Shown here: in pieces, positions 16,258-26,191 of the stretch
Numbering within the stretch: position 1 is the first letter of the stretch
Layout: each line of letters opens with the position of its first letter
NCBI GenBank assembly: GCA_003219125.1
Contig: QHPP01000111.1
Span: 931 to 64,930, forward strand
Length of the DNA: 64,000 nucleotides
Direction of reading: 5' to 3'
Source of the DNA: Verrucomicrobiota bacterium
GTDB lineage: Bacteria; Verrucomicrobiota; Verrucomicrobiia; Chthoniobacterales; UBA10450
The notes under the pieces: generated by a model
What the model saw: only the letters and a program-made list of their open reading frames with translations
The model's database searches: none
What the model was told of the DNA's origin: nothing
Position numbers and translations under genes: made by a program

Positions 16258-17025
16258 GTGAGCGAAACAGTAGTTGTCGTCGGTCTTGGCGAAGTAGGGA
16301 AGCCGTTGTTTGAGATCATGAAGACCCGGCATCAAGTTTTCGGCGTAGATATCGATTTGGCCGCGCCTCTCAACGGATGCGATGTGATGCACGTTTGTTT
16401 TCCGTTTCGCGACCAAAGATTTGTCGCTCGGGTAGTGGAATATATTGGGCACTACCAGCCCGCCCTTACCATCGTCAATAGCACGGTTCCGCCGGGTGTC
16501 ACCCGTCGCATTGCAGAAGAGTCGGGCGCTTCCGTGGTGAACAGTCCCATTCGTGGCAAACACGCCCGCATGCGGGAGGAAATGCTTTATTATACGAAAT
16601 TCATCGGGGCGCTCACTCCGGAATCGGGGGCGCGTGCGCTAGAACATTTCGAGAGCGTCGGGATGCGGACAACGTTGCTACGCTCTCCTGAAGCGACTGA
16701 AATTGCAAAGCTTACTGAGACTACTTATTTCGGTGTAATGATTGCATGGGCGCAGGAAGTCGAGCGCTATTGTAAGGCGCTTGGAGCTGATTATGACGAG
16801 GTAGTTTCCTTTTACGAGGAGATCAAATTCTTTCCGCCGGTGAAGTATTTTCCTGGCGTGATCGGCGGTCACTGCGTCATGCCGAATATCGCGATTTTGC
16901 TCGACAAATTTCCTTCCGATCTTTTGCAAGCCATCATCCAATCCAACATGCTCAAGGAAAAGAATGTCGGCCAAGAAGGATGGCGGGAAGTGGCCCGCTC
17001 CGCGCCTGCGCCAGGGAACCGATAA
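16258..17025 (+). CDS. short NAD-binding protein resembling the N-terminal and central parts of UDP-glucose/GDP-mannose dehydrogenases
   Basis: I placed the GTG start after the upstream stop. VVVVGLGEVGKP is a Rossmann motif, ATEIAKLTETTYF is present, and GVIGGHCVMPN resembles the catalytic-Cys region. At 255 aa it is too short for a full dehydrogenase. Confidence 0.55.
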   Translation: MSETVVVVGLGEVGKPLFEIMKTRHQVFGVDIDLAAPLNGCDVMHVCFPFRDQRFVARVVEYIGHYQPALTIVNSTVPPGVTRRIAEESGASVVNSPIRGKHARMREEMLYYTKFIGALTPESGARALEHFESVGMRTTLLRSPEATEIAKLTETTYFGVMIAWAQEVERYCKALGADYDEVVSFYEEIKFFPPVKYFPGVIGGHCVMPNIAILLDKFPSDLLQAIIQSNMLKEKNVGQEGWREVARSAPAPGNR

Positions 17026-17043
17026 GGAGCCAGTTCCGATAGA

Positions 17044-17832
17044 ATGCTCATTATAAATGCTGACGACTGGGGCCGTTCGCGCGCGGAGACCGATGCCGCC
17101 TTACAGTGCCACGAACATGGAAGAATCACATCTGCAAGTGCAATGGTTTTCATGTTGGATTCCGAGCGCGCGGCGGAACTGGCAAGGGAAAGTGAAATCG
17201 ATGTCGGGTTGCATCTCAACTTTGCAGAGAAGTTCACCGGTCATTCGGTACCCAGGATGCTTGAGGCCTGTCAGAGCAAGGTAACACTCTTCTTGATGCA
17301 AAATAAGTATTCGCAGCTGGTGTATAATCCCTTTTTGAGAAAAGAGTTTTTCTATTCCTATAAAGCACAAATGGAAGAGTTCGAACGCCTCTTCGGCAAA
17401 CCGCCATCACACATTGATGGGCATCATCACATGCACCTTTGTGCGAACGTCCTTCTAAGTCGAATGATTCCAGTCGGCGTAAGAATGCGTAGGAACTTCT
17501 CGTTTTGGCCCGGCGAAAAGAGTTATTTAAACCGCGCTTATCGTGGATTCGTTGATCGATGGCTTGCCCGCAGATATGGTTTGGCAGACTATTTCTTTGA
17601 CCTGACGCAAAGCATTGGCGACAAAAAGTTGGATCGTGTCGCAGCATTGGCGAGGTCAAGTAACGTTGAGCTAATGACGCACCCTTTCGTCCCCTCCGAA
17701 TTGGCATATCTTATGAGTGACGAATTCGCGACCCTGTTGGGAGGCGTTGAACTAGACACCTATGCCCGAGTAGGATTGGCTTCTGATCGACCAACGGCCC
17801 TCTGTGGAGAGGAGCAGCACCTTCGGAGTTAA
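17044..17832 (+). CDS. YdjC/ChbG/HpnK-family carbohydrate deacetylase
   Basis: MLIINADDWGRS, GLHLNF and HIDGHHHMH are typical of the YdjC-like family. Confidence 0.8.
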   Translation: MLIINADDWGRSRAETDAALQCHEHGRITSASAMVFMLDSERAAELARESEIDVGLHLNFAEKFTGHSVPRMLEACQSKVTLFLMQNKYSQLVYNPFLRKEFFYSYKAQMEEFERLFGKPPSHIDGHHHMHLCANVLLSRMIPVGVRMRRNFSFWPGEKSYLNRAYRGFVDRWLARRYGLADYFFDLTQSIGDKKLDRVAALARSSNVELMTHPFVPSELAYLMSDEFATLLGGVELDTYARVGLASDRPTALCGEEQHLRS

Positions 17833-17885
17833 CGAACGGCTCACCGGCGGGTCAAACCCATCATCGTCGTTCATTTTTTAAACAA

Positions 17886-19268
17886 ATGCCTCCAACCTTA
17901 GCCCTTTTCCTTACAATCGGCTTTGCTGCTTTCCTTTTCCGGCGGGACTTTCGCGAAACCCGTCATGTCACGGGCGCGTTGTGGATTCCGGTTCTGTGGG
18001 TCCTGCTCATCGGCTCCAGACCCGTATCTCAATGGCTAAATATTTTTGGTCTTACTGCGGCATCTTCTACCACCGATGAGGGGACTCCGATTGACGCTTT
18101 CATCTACTTCACATTAATTGTTTCGGGTTGTTATATTCTTAATAGGAGGCAGGTCAACTTCGCGGAATTCTTTCGAAACAACGGATGGTTAATCGCGTTC
18201 CTTCTTTACTGTTTTCTCGCCGTTCTTTGGTCGGATGTTCCCTTCACTGCCTTTAAGCGGTGGATCAAGATTCTTGGTCATCCCGTTATGGTCCTTGTCC
18301 TCTTCACTGAGCCGGATCCTGCGGAAGCGCTGAAGAGGCTGATACAAAGAAGCGCATATATTCTGGTCCCTTTTTCCATCCTGGTGATTAAATATTATGA
18401 CAGCATAGGTCGGCATTACGACGATTTCACAGGCTTGGCTAGCAACAGAGGCCTTAATTACAACAAAAACGGGCTAGGCGCCGTTTGTATGGTTCTTGGT
18501 TATTTTTTCTTCTGGCAGTTGCTACAAATTTGGCGCCACAGGTGGGACAAGGCCTGGCGAAACGAGCTATTCCTAACCGGGGGCTTTTTGTTTCTGATTG
18601 GCTACCTTCTCCGCAAGGCACATAGCATGACTCCAACCTTGTCGCTGCTAATCGGAATTTTTGTATTAGTCGTCCTTAAGCTGCGGTTTGTGAACAAACG
18701 GGTTATTGGTCTGTATATCGCACTCGCCGTTGCAACCTTGGTCGTCGCGGAGTTGGGTTTTGGAATTTTTGAGTGGGTAATAGACCTGACTGGACACGCC
18801 TCCACCATCGAGGGAAGGGAAAATCTTTGGGGCGAGCTACTGGCGTTTCATACCAATCCGATTTTCGGTGTCGGTTTTGAAAGCTTTTGGTCGGGAGATC
18901 GGCTCAGACAATTGTGGGAAGCGCATATGTGGCACCCGACGGAAGCGCACAATGGTTATTTAGAAACCTATTTGAACCTTGGATGGGTTGGGCTGCTCAT
19001 GCTTGCCGGGCTGCTGATTGCTACATACTGCAAAATAAGGCTCGAATTAGTAGGGAATTTTGAATGGGGCCGGTTCCGATTGGGCTTTCTAATTGCCGTA
19101 ATAGCTCACAACTGGACTGAAGCAACTTTCAAGGGCCTTAGTTTGATTTGGTTCATGTTTTACGTCATTGCTATCGATTACGGACGGATTCACTTCGAAC
19201 CGGTTGAAGAAGATAGCGCGGCCGTCGACTCCGAAGAAGCGAGGGAGTTCGTTTATGTCAACGAATAG
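17886..19268 (+). CDS. O-antigen ligase/polymerase-like (Wzy_C family) integral membrane protein
   Basis: About 10 or more hydrophobic segments. GVGFESFW and EAHNGYLETYLNLGWVGL are typical of the O-antigen ligase domain. Confidence 0.8.
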   Translation: MPPTLALFLTIGFAAFLFRRDFRETRHVTGALWIPVLWVLLIGSRPVSQWLNIFGLTAASSTTDEGTPIDAFIYFTLIVSGCYILNRRQVNFAEFFRNNGWLIAFLLYCFLAVLWSDVPFTAFKRWIKILGHPVMVLVLFTEPDPAEALKRLIQRSAYILVPFSILVIKYYDSIGRHYDDFTGLASNRGLNYNKNGLGAVCMVLGYFFFWQLLQIWRHRWDKAWRNELFLTGGFLFLIGYLLRKAHSMTPTLSLLIGIFVLVVLKLRFVNKRVIGLYIALAVATLVVAELGFGIFEWVIDLTGHASTIEGRENLWGELLAFHTNPIFGVGFESFWSGDRLRQLWEAHMWHPTEAHNGYLETYLNLGWVGLLMLAGLLIATYCKIRLELVGNFEWGRFRLGFLIAVIAHNWTEATFKGLSLIWFMFYVIAIDYGRIHFEPVEEDSAAVDSEEAREFVYVNE

Positions 19269-20964
19269 AACTCGGGACCGAAGTTCTTCCGGACGATTTT
19301 GCGACGGACGCGTCATGGTCGCATTGGTCATGTTCTTAAGCACTTTTAGCGACGCCTCCTTGGCTGCTAACATGATTAAAGCGAGAAGTATCTCGGTAGC
19401 GGACGTTGACTCGGCTATCGCTTCGGCTTCGGATGGCGACACCGTCGTGCTACCCACTGGAACGGCCAGTTGGACTTCAACCGTCGTTCTTACAAAGGGC
19501 ATTACAATCGAAGGCGCCGGAAACGATAAGACAGTCATCCTCGACGACATCCCCGTCGCGACAGAACCTCGGCAGCAAACGGCTGACCGGTCGCAGGGAA
19601 AACCTTCTGGACCAATGCATCGTTCTGCCAGGCCAGGATCATTGCCGGGCCAGCCGGGCGGAAGAGGGAACAGCGCACAGTCGATCTTCCGCATTGAGAT
19701 GACGCCCCATCAATCATTTCGCTTGACTGGAATTACTTTCCGCCCCGGCTCAGTAGTGAGAGAGCGCGGTGGTGGCCAGGTTCCACACAGCATTGTAACT
19801 CAAGGAACGTGCTCTTCATTTAGAATTGACCACTGTCATTTCGACCAGCTTTATCGAAGTTCGATCCACATCAACGGATGGATGTACGGGGTCATCGATC
19901 ATTGCGTTTTCGATTCACGGGCAAGAGGATCGGCTTCAATCCTCGTACAGCACACGAATTGGGGTGGCAAGACCTTTGGCGATGGTTCGTGGACCGAGCC
20001 TCCTTATTTTGGAAGTGAAAAATTCGTCTTCATTGAGGACAACATTTTCAATAACCTCGGCTCGAAGCAGACCAACGGCAGTATCGATTGTTCTGCAGGA
20101 GGCAGATATGTTTGCCGCTACAATACCTTCAATAACTGCCTTGCTCTGAGTCACGGAACTGAATCTAGTGGGAGATTAAGAAGTTCCAGGGCAATTGAGA
20201 TTTACAATAACACGTTCCATTTCACCTTCCCTGCGAGCGCCGGCCAGTTCCGAGGTGGGACAGCTGTTATTCACGATAACACCTATACAGGGGTTCCGAT
20301 CAGCCGTGGGATCACCCTTCAGGTTTTTCGAGAATTTTACCCTTTCCACGTCTTTGGGGGAGCCAACGGAACTAATCCATGGGATGTAAACGACTCCCAT
20401 GGTCTCTATGCCAGCGGGAAACATACCGGTGAAAATGCTTCAAAGACACTGGTAGTAGCAAATGCCGGCTGGAAAACGAATCAATGGGTTGGCTATAGTC
20501 TCACCAACACGACCCAAACATTACGTAATGGGGAGCATTACAGCTCTTTCATCACCTCGAATACGAACGATACGATTACCTACAAGTTGGATGATTCCAT
20601 TGGCCCCCGCTCCCAAGGTACATTCATGTCTTTTAACACTGGCGATGGTTATGAAATTCACAAAGTATCAATCGCACTGGACCAGCCGGGTCGGGGGAAG
20701 GGCGATTTAATTTCCGGCAATCCTCCTGGTCCAGTGGGATGGCCGCATCAGGCACTTGAACCAGTTTATTCTTGGAATAACAAAATGGGCGACTCGGAGG
20801 TGAATATCAGCGGGGGCCTGGTGCCAACGCTTCAAGAAAGCCGCGACTATTACAACAACACGCCAATGCCAGGGTATAAGCCTTATGCGTATCCGCATCC
20901 TTTGGTGAGCGGGGAAACGTCTCACAACCGCAAGGCTCGGAGTTCGGCTTCGGCGGAACCATGA
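19255..20964 (+). CDS. secreted hypothetical protein, probably a right-handed beta-helix (paralog A)
   Basis: The start MSTNRT overlaps the upstream stop. A signal-like MVALVMFLSTFSDASLAA is present. Asn-rich turns recur (FIEDNIFNN, RYNTFNNC, IEIYNNTF, IHDNTYTG). It is a strong paralog of the next gene. Confidence 0.7.
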   Translation: MSTNRTRDRSSSGRFCDGRVMVALVMFLSTFSDASLAANMIKARSISVADVDSAIASASDGDTVVLPTGTASWTSTVVLTKGITIEGAGNDKTVILDDIPVATEPRQQTADRSQGKPSGPMHRSARPGSLPGQPGGRGNSAQSIFRIEMTPHQSFRLTGITFRPGSVVRERGGGQVPHSIVTQGTCSSFRIDHCHFDQLYRSSIHINGWMYGVIDHCVFDSRARGSASILVQHTNWGGKTFGDGSWTEPPYFGSEKFVFIEDNIFNNLGSKQTNGSIDCSAGGRYVCRYNTFNNCLALSHGTESSGRLRSSRAIEIYNNTFHFTFPASAGQFRGGTAVIHDNTYTGVPISRGITLQVFREFYPFHVFGGANGTNPWDVNDSHGLYASGKHTGENASKTLVVANAGWKTNQWVGYSLTNTTQTLRNGEHYSSFITSNTNDTITYKLDDSIGPRSQGTFMSFNTGDGYEIHKVSIALDQPGRGKGDLISGNPPGPVGWPHQALEPVYSWNNKMGDSEVNISGGLVPTLQESRDYYNNTPMPGYKPYAYPHPLVSGETSHNRKARSSASAEP

Positions 20965-21098
20965 GTGGCGTAATCCCGAGCAAGTACCGGCAAAGCCCTG
21001 GCACAGCGACTGCTGGGTATTATTATACTTATAAACGCTTGCAGTTCGGAATAATCACCGGTAAACGTCACCCACACCATTTTCAACACATTCAATTC

Positions 21099-22688
21099 AT
21101 GATTGCCACAGGAAATTGCAAGACCAAACCTTATTACGCTGCCCTCGCAACGGCCCTATTTTTAGTTGCTCTCAGATCGGGCGACGCTGCTACAGTTGCC
21201 GCCAAAAGCGGTGCATTCACTGATGTGAGCACGGCCATTGGGTTGGCCAAGCCCGGCGATATCGTCACAGTTCCTGCTGGAACTGCCAGTTGGGCGGCCA
21301 CCCTAAATATAACCAAGGGCATCACCTTGCAGGGAGCTGGAATCGACAGAACTATCATCGCCGACAATGTTCCGCTCAGTTCGAAAACTGGGGATGCTTC
21401 GGTCATAAATACCACGCTGGCGACCGGTCAATCTTTTCGTGTTACCGGATTTACTTTTAAAGCTGGGACCCGAACGACAAAACCTATCAGCGGAGCTGTC
21501 ATCAATGCTCAGGGGACCTGCTTTGCCTATCGGATTGATCACATTCATTTTGATCAGCCTATTGATAGAGAAGTTCATATAGGGGGATGGATCTACGGGG
21601 TTATCGACCATTGCCTTTTCGATACACGCGCAGGCGCCTTTGGCTCTATTTTAGTACAACACGCGACTTGGGGAGGCGGGACCAACAATTTTGGCGATGG
21701 CTCATGGACTGAACCCGCCTATTTCGGAAGTGAAAAATTTCTCTTTATCGAAGACAACGTTTTCAACAATCATGGCACAGAGCAGACCAATGGTATTGAT
21801 TGTTACGCCGGGGGCCGATACGTCGTTCGACACAATACATTTAATAACTGCCTTCCTCTGAATCATGGAACGGAATCTCCTGGCAGATTAAGGGGTTCCA
21901 GGGCAGTTGAGATTTATAACAACGTTTTCAAATTCACGACTGGAGCCACGGTAGGCCAGAACAGAGGAGGGGGTGCTTTGTATCACGACAACACCTATAC
22001 TGGGGCGTTCAACAACTCTGCGATAGCTCTAAATGTTTTCCGAGAATACTACCCCTTTCATACCTGGGCCGGTAGCGCGGAAAGCGGAGCAAATGGCAAT
22101 AATCGCTGGGATGCAAACGATTCCCATGGCCTTTATGCCTCCGGGACACACACCGGTGGGAATGGAGCTGGTACGCTCATCGACAAGACAAAAAATTGGG
22201 TGCCTAATCAATGGGTCGGCTATAGCATAACGAACACGACGCAAACTTTGTCTAACGGCGACCATTACAATTCTTACATAACCGCAAACACGGCCAACAC
22301 GATTACATTTCATGTTGATAGTACCATCGGAGCCGGTTCAGCTGGCACAGCGATGACGTTCAACACAGGAAACGGTTATGCAATTTACAAGGTATTAATT
22401 GCGTTGGATCAGCCGGGTCGGGGGAAGGGCGATTTACTTGCAGGTAATCCGCCCGTTAACAAGGCCGCGGGAGGAATCGCTTGGCCAAATCAAGCGTTGG
22501 AACCAGTTTATTGTTGGAATAACACTGTAAACGGCAGCCCAGTGACTGTCTCGAGCACTCATCCAACCCTTCGGGAGAATCGCGACTATTATAATGGGCC
22601 AATGCCTAACTATAAGCCTTACACTTATCCGCATCCGCTGACCGGCCCAGCTCCGCCTACTAATCTTGCTGTCGTTTCTGGGCAATAG
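21099..22688 (+). CDS. secreted hypothetical protein, probably a right-handed beta-helix (paralog B)
   Basis: I chose the start at MIATGNCKTKPYYAALATALFLVALRSGDA (signal-like). An ATGA-coupled start at 20961 is the alternative. It shares GDGSWTEP.YFGSEKF.FIEDN.FNN, GGRYV.R.NTFNNC, ALDQPGRGKGDL and LEPVY.WNN with paralog A. Confidence 0.7.
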   Translation: MIATGNCKTKPYYAALATALFLVALRSGDAATVAAKSGAFTDVSTAIGLAKPGDIVTVPAGTASWAATLNITKGITLQGAGIDRTIIADNVPLSSKTGDASVINTTLATGQSFRVTGFTFKAGTRTTKPISGAVINAQGTCFAYRIDHIHFDQPIDREVHIGGWIYGVIDHCLFDTRAGAFGSILVQHATWGGGTNNFGDGSWTEPAYFGSEKFLFIEDNVFNNHGTEQTNGIDCYAGGRYVVRHNTFNNCLPLNHGTESPGRLRGSRAVEIYNNVFKFTTGATVGQNRGGGALYHDNTYTGAFNNSAIALNVFREYYPFHTWAGSAESGANGNNRWDANDSHGLYASGTHTGGNGAGTLIDKTKNWVPNQWVGYSITNTTQTLSNGDHYNSYITANTANTITFHVDSTIGAGSAGTAMTFNTGNGYAIYKVLIALDQPGRGKGDLLAGNPPVNKAAGGIAWPNQALEPVYCWNNTVNGSPVTVSSTHPTLRENRDYYNGPMPNYKPYTYPHPLTGPAPPTNLAVVSGQ

Positions 22689-22985
22689 TTATTGGTGCGA
22701 CTGCGATTGCGTAGTACTCGCTTTCGGAAGCGGTGATTGTCAAGCCCGAGAGACCTGCGACGAAGCTTCGGATCTAGCGGTGATCGTCCGCGGCACGATC
22801 TTTTAATATTGCGTTGCTGCGCAAATGCGAAGCGGGTAACGCGTACGACCAAAACTGCGCAATTAGCGGAACAAATTCCAACCACAACGGCCTCCTTCCA
22901 AGCACCTCGCTGCTGGTTCAAATAACGATAGTTTTTGGGCAACAAAGGAGAAAAGCCAGAATATAAAGCGCGTCCAATCCAAGTA

Positions 22986-24035
22986 ATGACCTTAAAATAC
23001 ATCGTTTCTCCCGCAGATCGTATTTTGGTCACCGGATCGAGTGGTTTTATTGGTGTAAAAGTCGTTGAGATTTTGCTCGAATATGGCTTCGCCAATCTTG
23101 GCTGCTTTATCCGCCCTTCCAGCCGTTTAGACCGTTTGAAGGAACGGCTGGAGCAATGTCCATCCGGTAAAAATGTAGAGTTGATTAAAGGAGATCTACT
23201 TTCGCGCGATGATTGTCGAAAAGCGGCCGAAGGGGTTTCGCTTGTCCTGCATCTCGCCGCTGGGATGGAAAAATCATTCGCCGGAGCATTTATGAACTCC
23301 GCCCTGGCCACGCGCAATTTAATGGATGCGTTTCTCGAATACGGTCAGCCCAAGCGCTTTGTCAATGTAAGCTCTTTTGCGGTCTACTCGACCCTGAATT
23401 TAAAGAGAGGCGCCATCCTGGATGAAACATGCCCATTGGAAGAGGCTCCTCAAGAACGGTGTGATGCGTACGGCTTTGGGAAGCTCAAGCAGGAAGAATT
23501 GGTCAAGCAATACGGCGAGCGAGATGAGATGCCGTACGTCATCGTCAGACCAGGAGTTGTCTTCGGCCCCGGCAAGCGAGACTTAAGCGGGCGTGTTGGA
23601 ATTGATACTTTTGGAATTTTTATGCATCTTGGGGGATCCAACCATCTCCCCCTAACGTTTGTTGACAATTGTGCTGAAGCGATCGTACTGGCGGGACTTA
23701 CGCCTGGCATCAACGCGGAGACATTCAACGTTGTTGACGATGAGTCGCTCACAAGCCGTCAGTTCCTGCGGGCGTATCGCAAGAAAACCGGGCGTTTTTC
23801 GATTTCCATCCCCTATCCAGTAACATGTGCGCTCTGTCTGCTCTGGGACAAGTATGCAAAGTGGTCGAATTACCAGCTGCCTGCGGTCTTTAACCGGCGC
23901 CGTTGTTCCGCAGAATGGAAAGGGAATCGCTACTCAAACAGGAAACTCAGGGAGTTGTTGCGGTGGCAGCCACGGATCAGCATGGATAAGGCGATGGAAG
24001 CGTTTTTAGGTCAATTTGAGGCCAAGAGCAGATAA
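22986..24035 (+). CDS. NAD-dependent epimerase/dehydratase (extended SDR family)
   Basis: ILVTGSSGFIGVKVVE is a glycine-rich NAD motif. YGFGK is a YxxxK catalytic motif. The start could also be the TTG at 22935. Confidence 0.8.
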   Translation: MTLKYIVSPADRILVTGSSGFIGVKVVEILLEYGFANLGCFIRPSSRLDRLKERLEQCPSGKNVELIKGDLLSRDDCRKAAEGVSLVLHLAAGMEKSFAGAFMNSALATRNLMDAFLEYGQPKRFVNVSSFAVYSTLNLKRGAILDETCPLEEAPQERCDAYGFGKLKQEELVKQYGERDEMPYVIVRPGVVFGPGKRDLSGRVGIDTFGIFMHLGGSNHLPLTFVDNCAEAIVLAGLTPGINAETFNVVDDESLTSRQFLRAYRKKTGRFSISIPYPVTCALCLLWDKYAKWSNYQLPAVFNRRRCSAEWKGNRYSNRKLRELLRWQPRISMDKAMEAFLGQFEAKSR

Positions 24036-24037
24036 CG

Positions 24038-25219
24038 ATGCTTCGCATAGCTATAATCGGATGCGGAAAGGTGGCAGATCAACATGTTGGCGCCATACAT
24101 CGGATTCCAAGTTGCAGGATAGTCTCGGTCTGCGACCGAGAATTGCTGATGGCCAAACAACTTTGCGAGCGCTTTCACATTTCCGAATGCTTTTCTGATG
24201 TGCAGGAAATGCTCCAGAGTACTCACCCGCAGGTGGTCCACATTACAACTCCGCCACAAAGTCATTTCCAACTCGCCAAGCAGTGCCTTGAATTCGGGAG
24301 CCACGTTTATTTGGAAAAGCCGTTTACCGTTACGGCTGAAGAGGCGGAAGAGTTGATTGAATTTGCTGAAAGACGCGGTTTGAAGATGACTGCTGGCCAT
24401 AACTATCAGTTCACTCTCGAGATGTTGGAAATGCGTCGGCTAGCGAAAGCAGGATTTCTTGGGGGTAAGCCCGTCCATTTAGAAAGCTATTGGTCGTACG
24501 ATTTAGGCGACATAAGTTACGTGGGACCTGTCCTGGGTAATCCCGCGCACTGGGTCCGACGACTTCCGGGCCAATTGTTTCATAACATCATTAGTCATGG
24601 GCTTGCCAAACTCGTCGAATTTCTTGACGACGAATTGACTGAGATTATCGTGACAGCCCATCAAAGCTCACAGCTCCGGCTTCTTGGTGCAAAAGAGGTC
24701 CTGGACGAGTTAAGGGTCCTGATTCGAGACAAGAGCGACACAACAGCGTTGTTTTGCTTCTCGACTCAAGTCAAAAACTTGAATCAATTGCGTATTTATG
24801 GTCCATCCGGTTCAATAACCGCGGATATTATTGCCGGAACCGTGGTCCGAAAGGAGAACCGCGCTTACAAGAGCTATTTGACCTATTTTCTTCCACCACT
24901 AAAAGATGCCAGGGAATATCTCAGAAACGCGTCCGTTAATGTGATCAATTTCGTCCGGCAGCGGCTTCATCAGGATTTTGGCATGAAAGAACTAATCCAA
25001 CGTTTCTATCAGAGTATCCAGGGTGAGACTCCGGTGCCAGTTCCCTATCGGGAAATCATTTTAACAGCCCGGCTTATGGACCAGATATTTGCGCAGATCT
25101 ATACCGATAACGAAGCGCAGGAGTGCCATAACGAAGTCAACAGAGTCCACTCTGATGGTCGTTTGCCTGTTGCACGTGGGGGAATCACTGATCGAACGAG
25201 AAGATCTGCGTCGAGCTAG
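24038..25219 (+). CDS. Gfo/Idh/MocA-family oxidoreductase
   Basis: MLRIAIIGCGKVADQH and YLEKPF are present, with a typical N-terminal Rossmann fold followed by a C-terminal alpha/beta domain of the expected length. Confidence 0.8.
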   Translation: MLRIAIIGCGKVADQHVGAIHRIPSCRIVSVCDRELLMAKQLCERFHISECFSDVQEMLQSTHPQVVHITTPPQSHFQLAKQCLEFGSHVYLEKPFTVTAEEAEELIEFAERRGLKMTAGHNYQFTLEMLEMRRLAKAGFLGGKPVHLESYWSYDLGDISYVGPVLGNPAHWVRRLPGQLFHNIISHGLAKLVEFLDDELTEIIVTAHQSSQLRLLGAKEVLDELRVLIRDKSDTTALFCFSTQVKNLNQLRIYGPSGSITADIIAGTVVRKENRAYKSYLTYFLPPLKDAREYLRNASVNVINFVRQRLHQDFGMKELIQRFYQSIQGETPVPVPYREIILTARLMDQIFAQIYTDNEAQECHNEVNRVHSDGRLPVARGGITDRTRRSASS

Positions 25220-26131
25220 ATGAGATACGTCTTGATTACACCGGCGCGCAATGAGGAAGCCTATATTGAGAAAACGCTTGGCTCCGTTGTGAGTCAAACC
25301 GTCATGCCGGAACAATGGGTCATTGTTGACGACGCTTCGACTGACTCGACGGCGCAATTGGTGGAGAATTACATCCGCGATTATCCGTGGATCGAATTGG
25401 TCCGGCGGACTCAACGTTCCGAGCGGAGCTTTTCACGGAAGGTTGATGCGTTTAATGCCGGCCTGCAAAGATTGGGCTCGCGCGAGTTCGAAGTGATCGG
25501 GAACCTGGATGCGGACCTTTCCTTTGATCCAGAATATTTGGAGTTTTTGATGGATAAATTCGCTGAAGATCCCAAGCTGGGAGTGGCAGGAACGCCTTTC
25601 GTCGAGAATGGTTACGACTCAGCCAGGGACAGCTTTGAAGGCGAAAACCATGTTGCCGGCGGATGTCAGTTGTTTCGGCGCCAGTGCTTCGAAGAAATAG
25701 GCGGCTACATCGGTAACCCAGCAGGGGGAATCGATTGGATCGCTGTCACGACTGCCCGAATGAAAGGCTGGAAGACGTGTTCGTTTCCAGAGAAGCGGTT
25801 TCATCATTATCGCTCCCTGGGTACTGCAGAACGGGGTATAGTCGCATCGCTCTTCTCATACGGCGAAAAAGACTATTACTTGGGTGGCTCCCCCGTCTGG
25901 GAGCTATTCCGGGTTTGTTATCGAAGCGCCAAACGCCCATTTATAATAGGGGGTTTGGCGTTGCTGGCAGGCTATTGCTGGGCTGCTTTACGACGAACAA
26001 AAAGACCGATCTCGCCTGAGTTGATGCGTTTTCACCGCCGGGAACAAATGAACAAGCTGAGGGCGATCTTCGGGAGTCTCCTGAGGCTAAAGAAACTGGA
26101 TAGCTTCCGCGTGGCGACGCAGAGGAACTAG
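25220..26131 (+). CDS. family 2 glycosyltransferase
   Basis: VLITPARNEEAYIEKTLGSVVSQT, VIVDDASTDST and NLDADL (DxD) are present. Confidence 0.85.
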   Translation: MRYVLITPARNEEAYIEKTLGSVVSQTVMPEQWVIVDDASTDSTAQLVENYIRDYPWIELVRRTQRSERSFSRKVDAFNAGLQRLGSREFEVIGNLDADLSFDPEYLEFLMDKFAEDPKLGVAGTPFVENGYDSARDSFEGENHVAGGCQLFRRQCFEEIGGYIGNPAGGIDWIAVTTARMKGWKTCSFPEKRFHHYRSLGTAERGIVASLFSYGEKDYYLGGSPVWELFRVCYRSAKRPFIIGGLALLAGYCWAALRRTKRPISPELMRFHRREQMNKLRAIFGSLLRLKKLDSFRVATQRN

Positions 26132-26191
26132 GTCAGAGTATCCGACTAGGTCCGGCGGCAGTACTGCGCGGCGAGCAGATCTCGAGATCAG

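Noticed and set aside
20961-21098. ATGA-coupled upstream start for beta-helix paralog B
   Set aside because: It would bury the signal-peptide-like segment about 50 residues into the protein. I kept it as an alternative but preferred 21099. N-terminal proteomics would be needed to decide.
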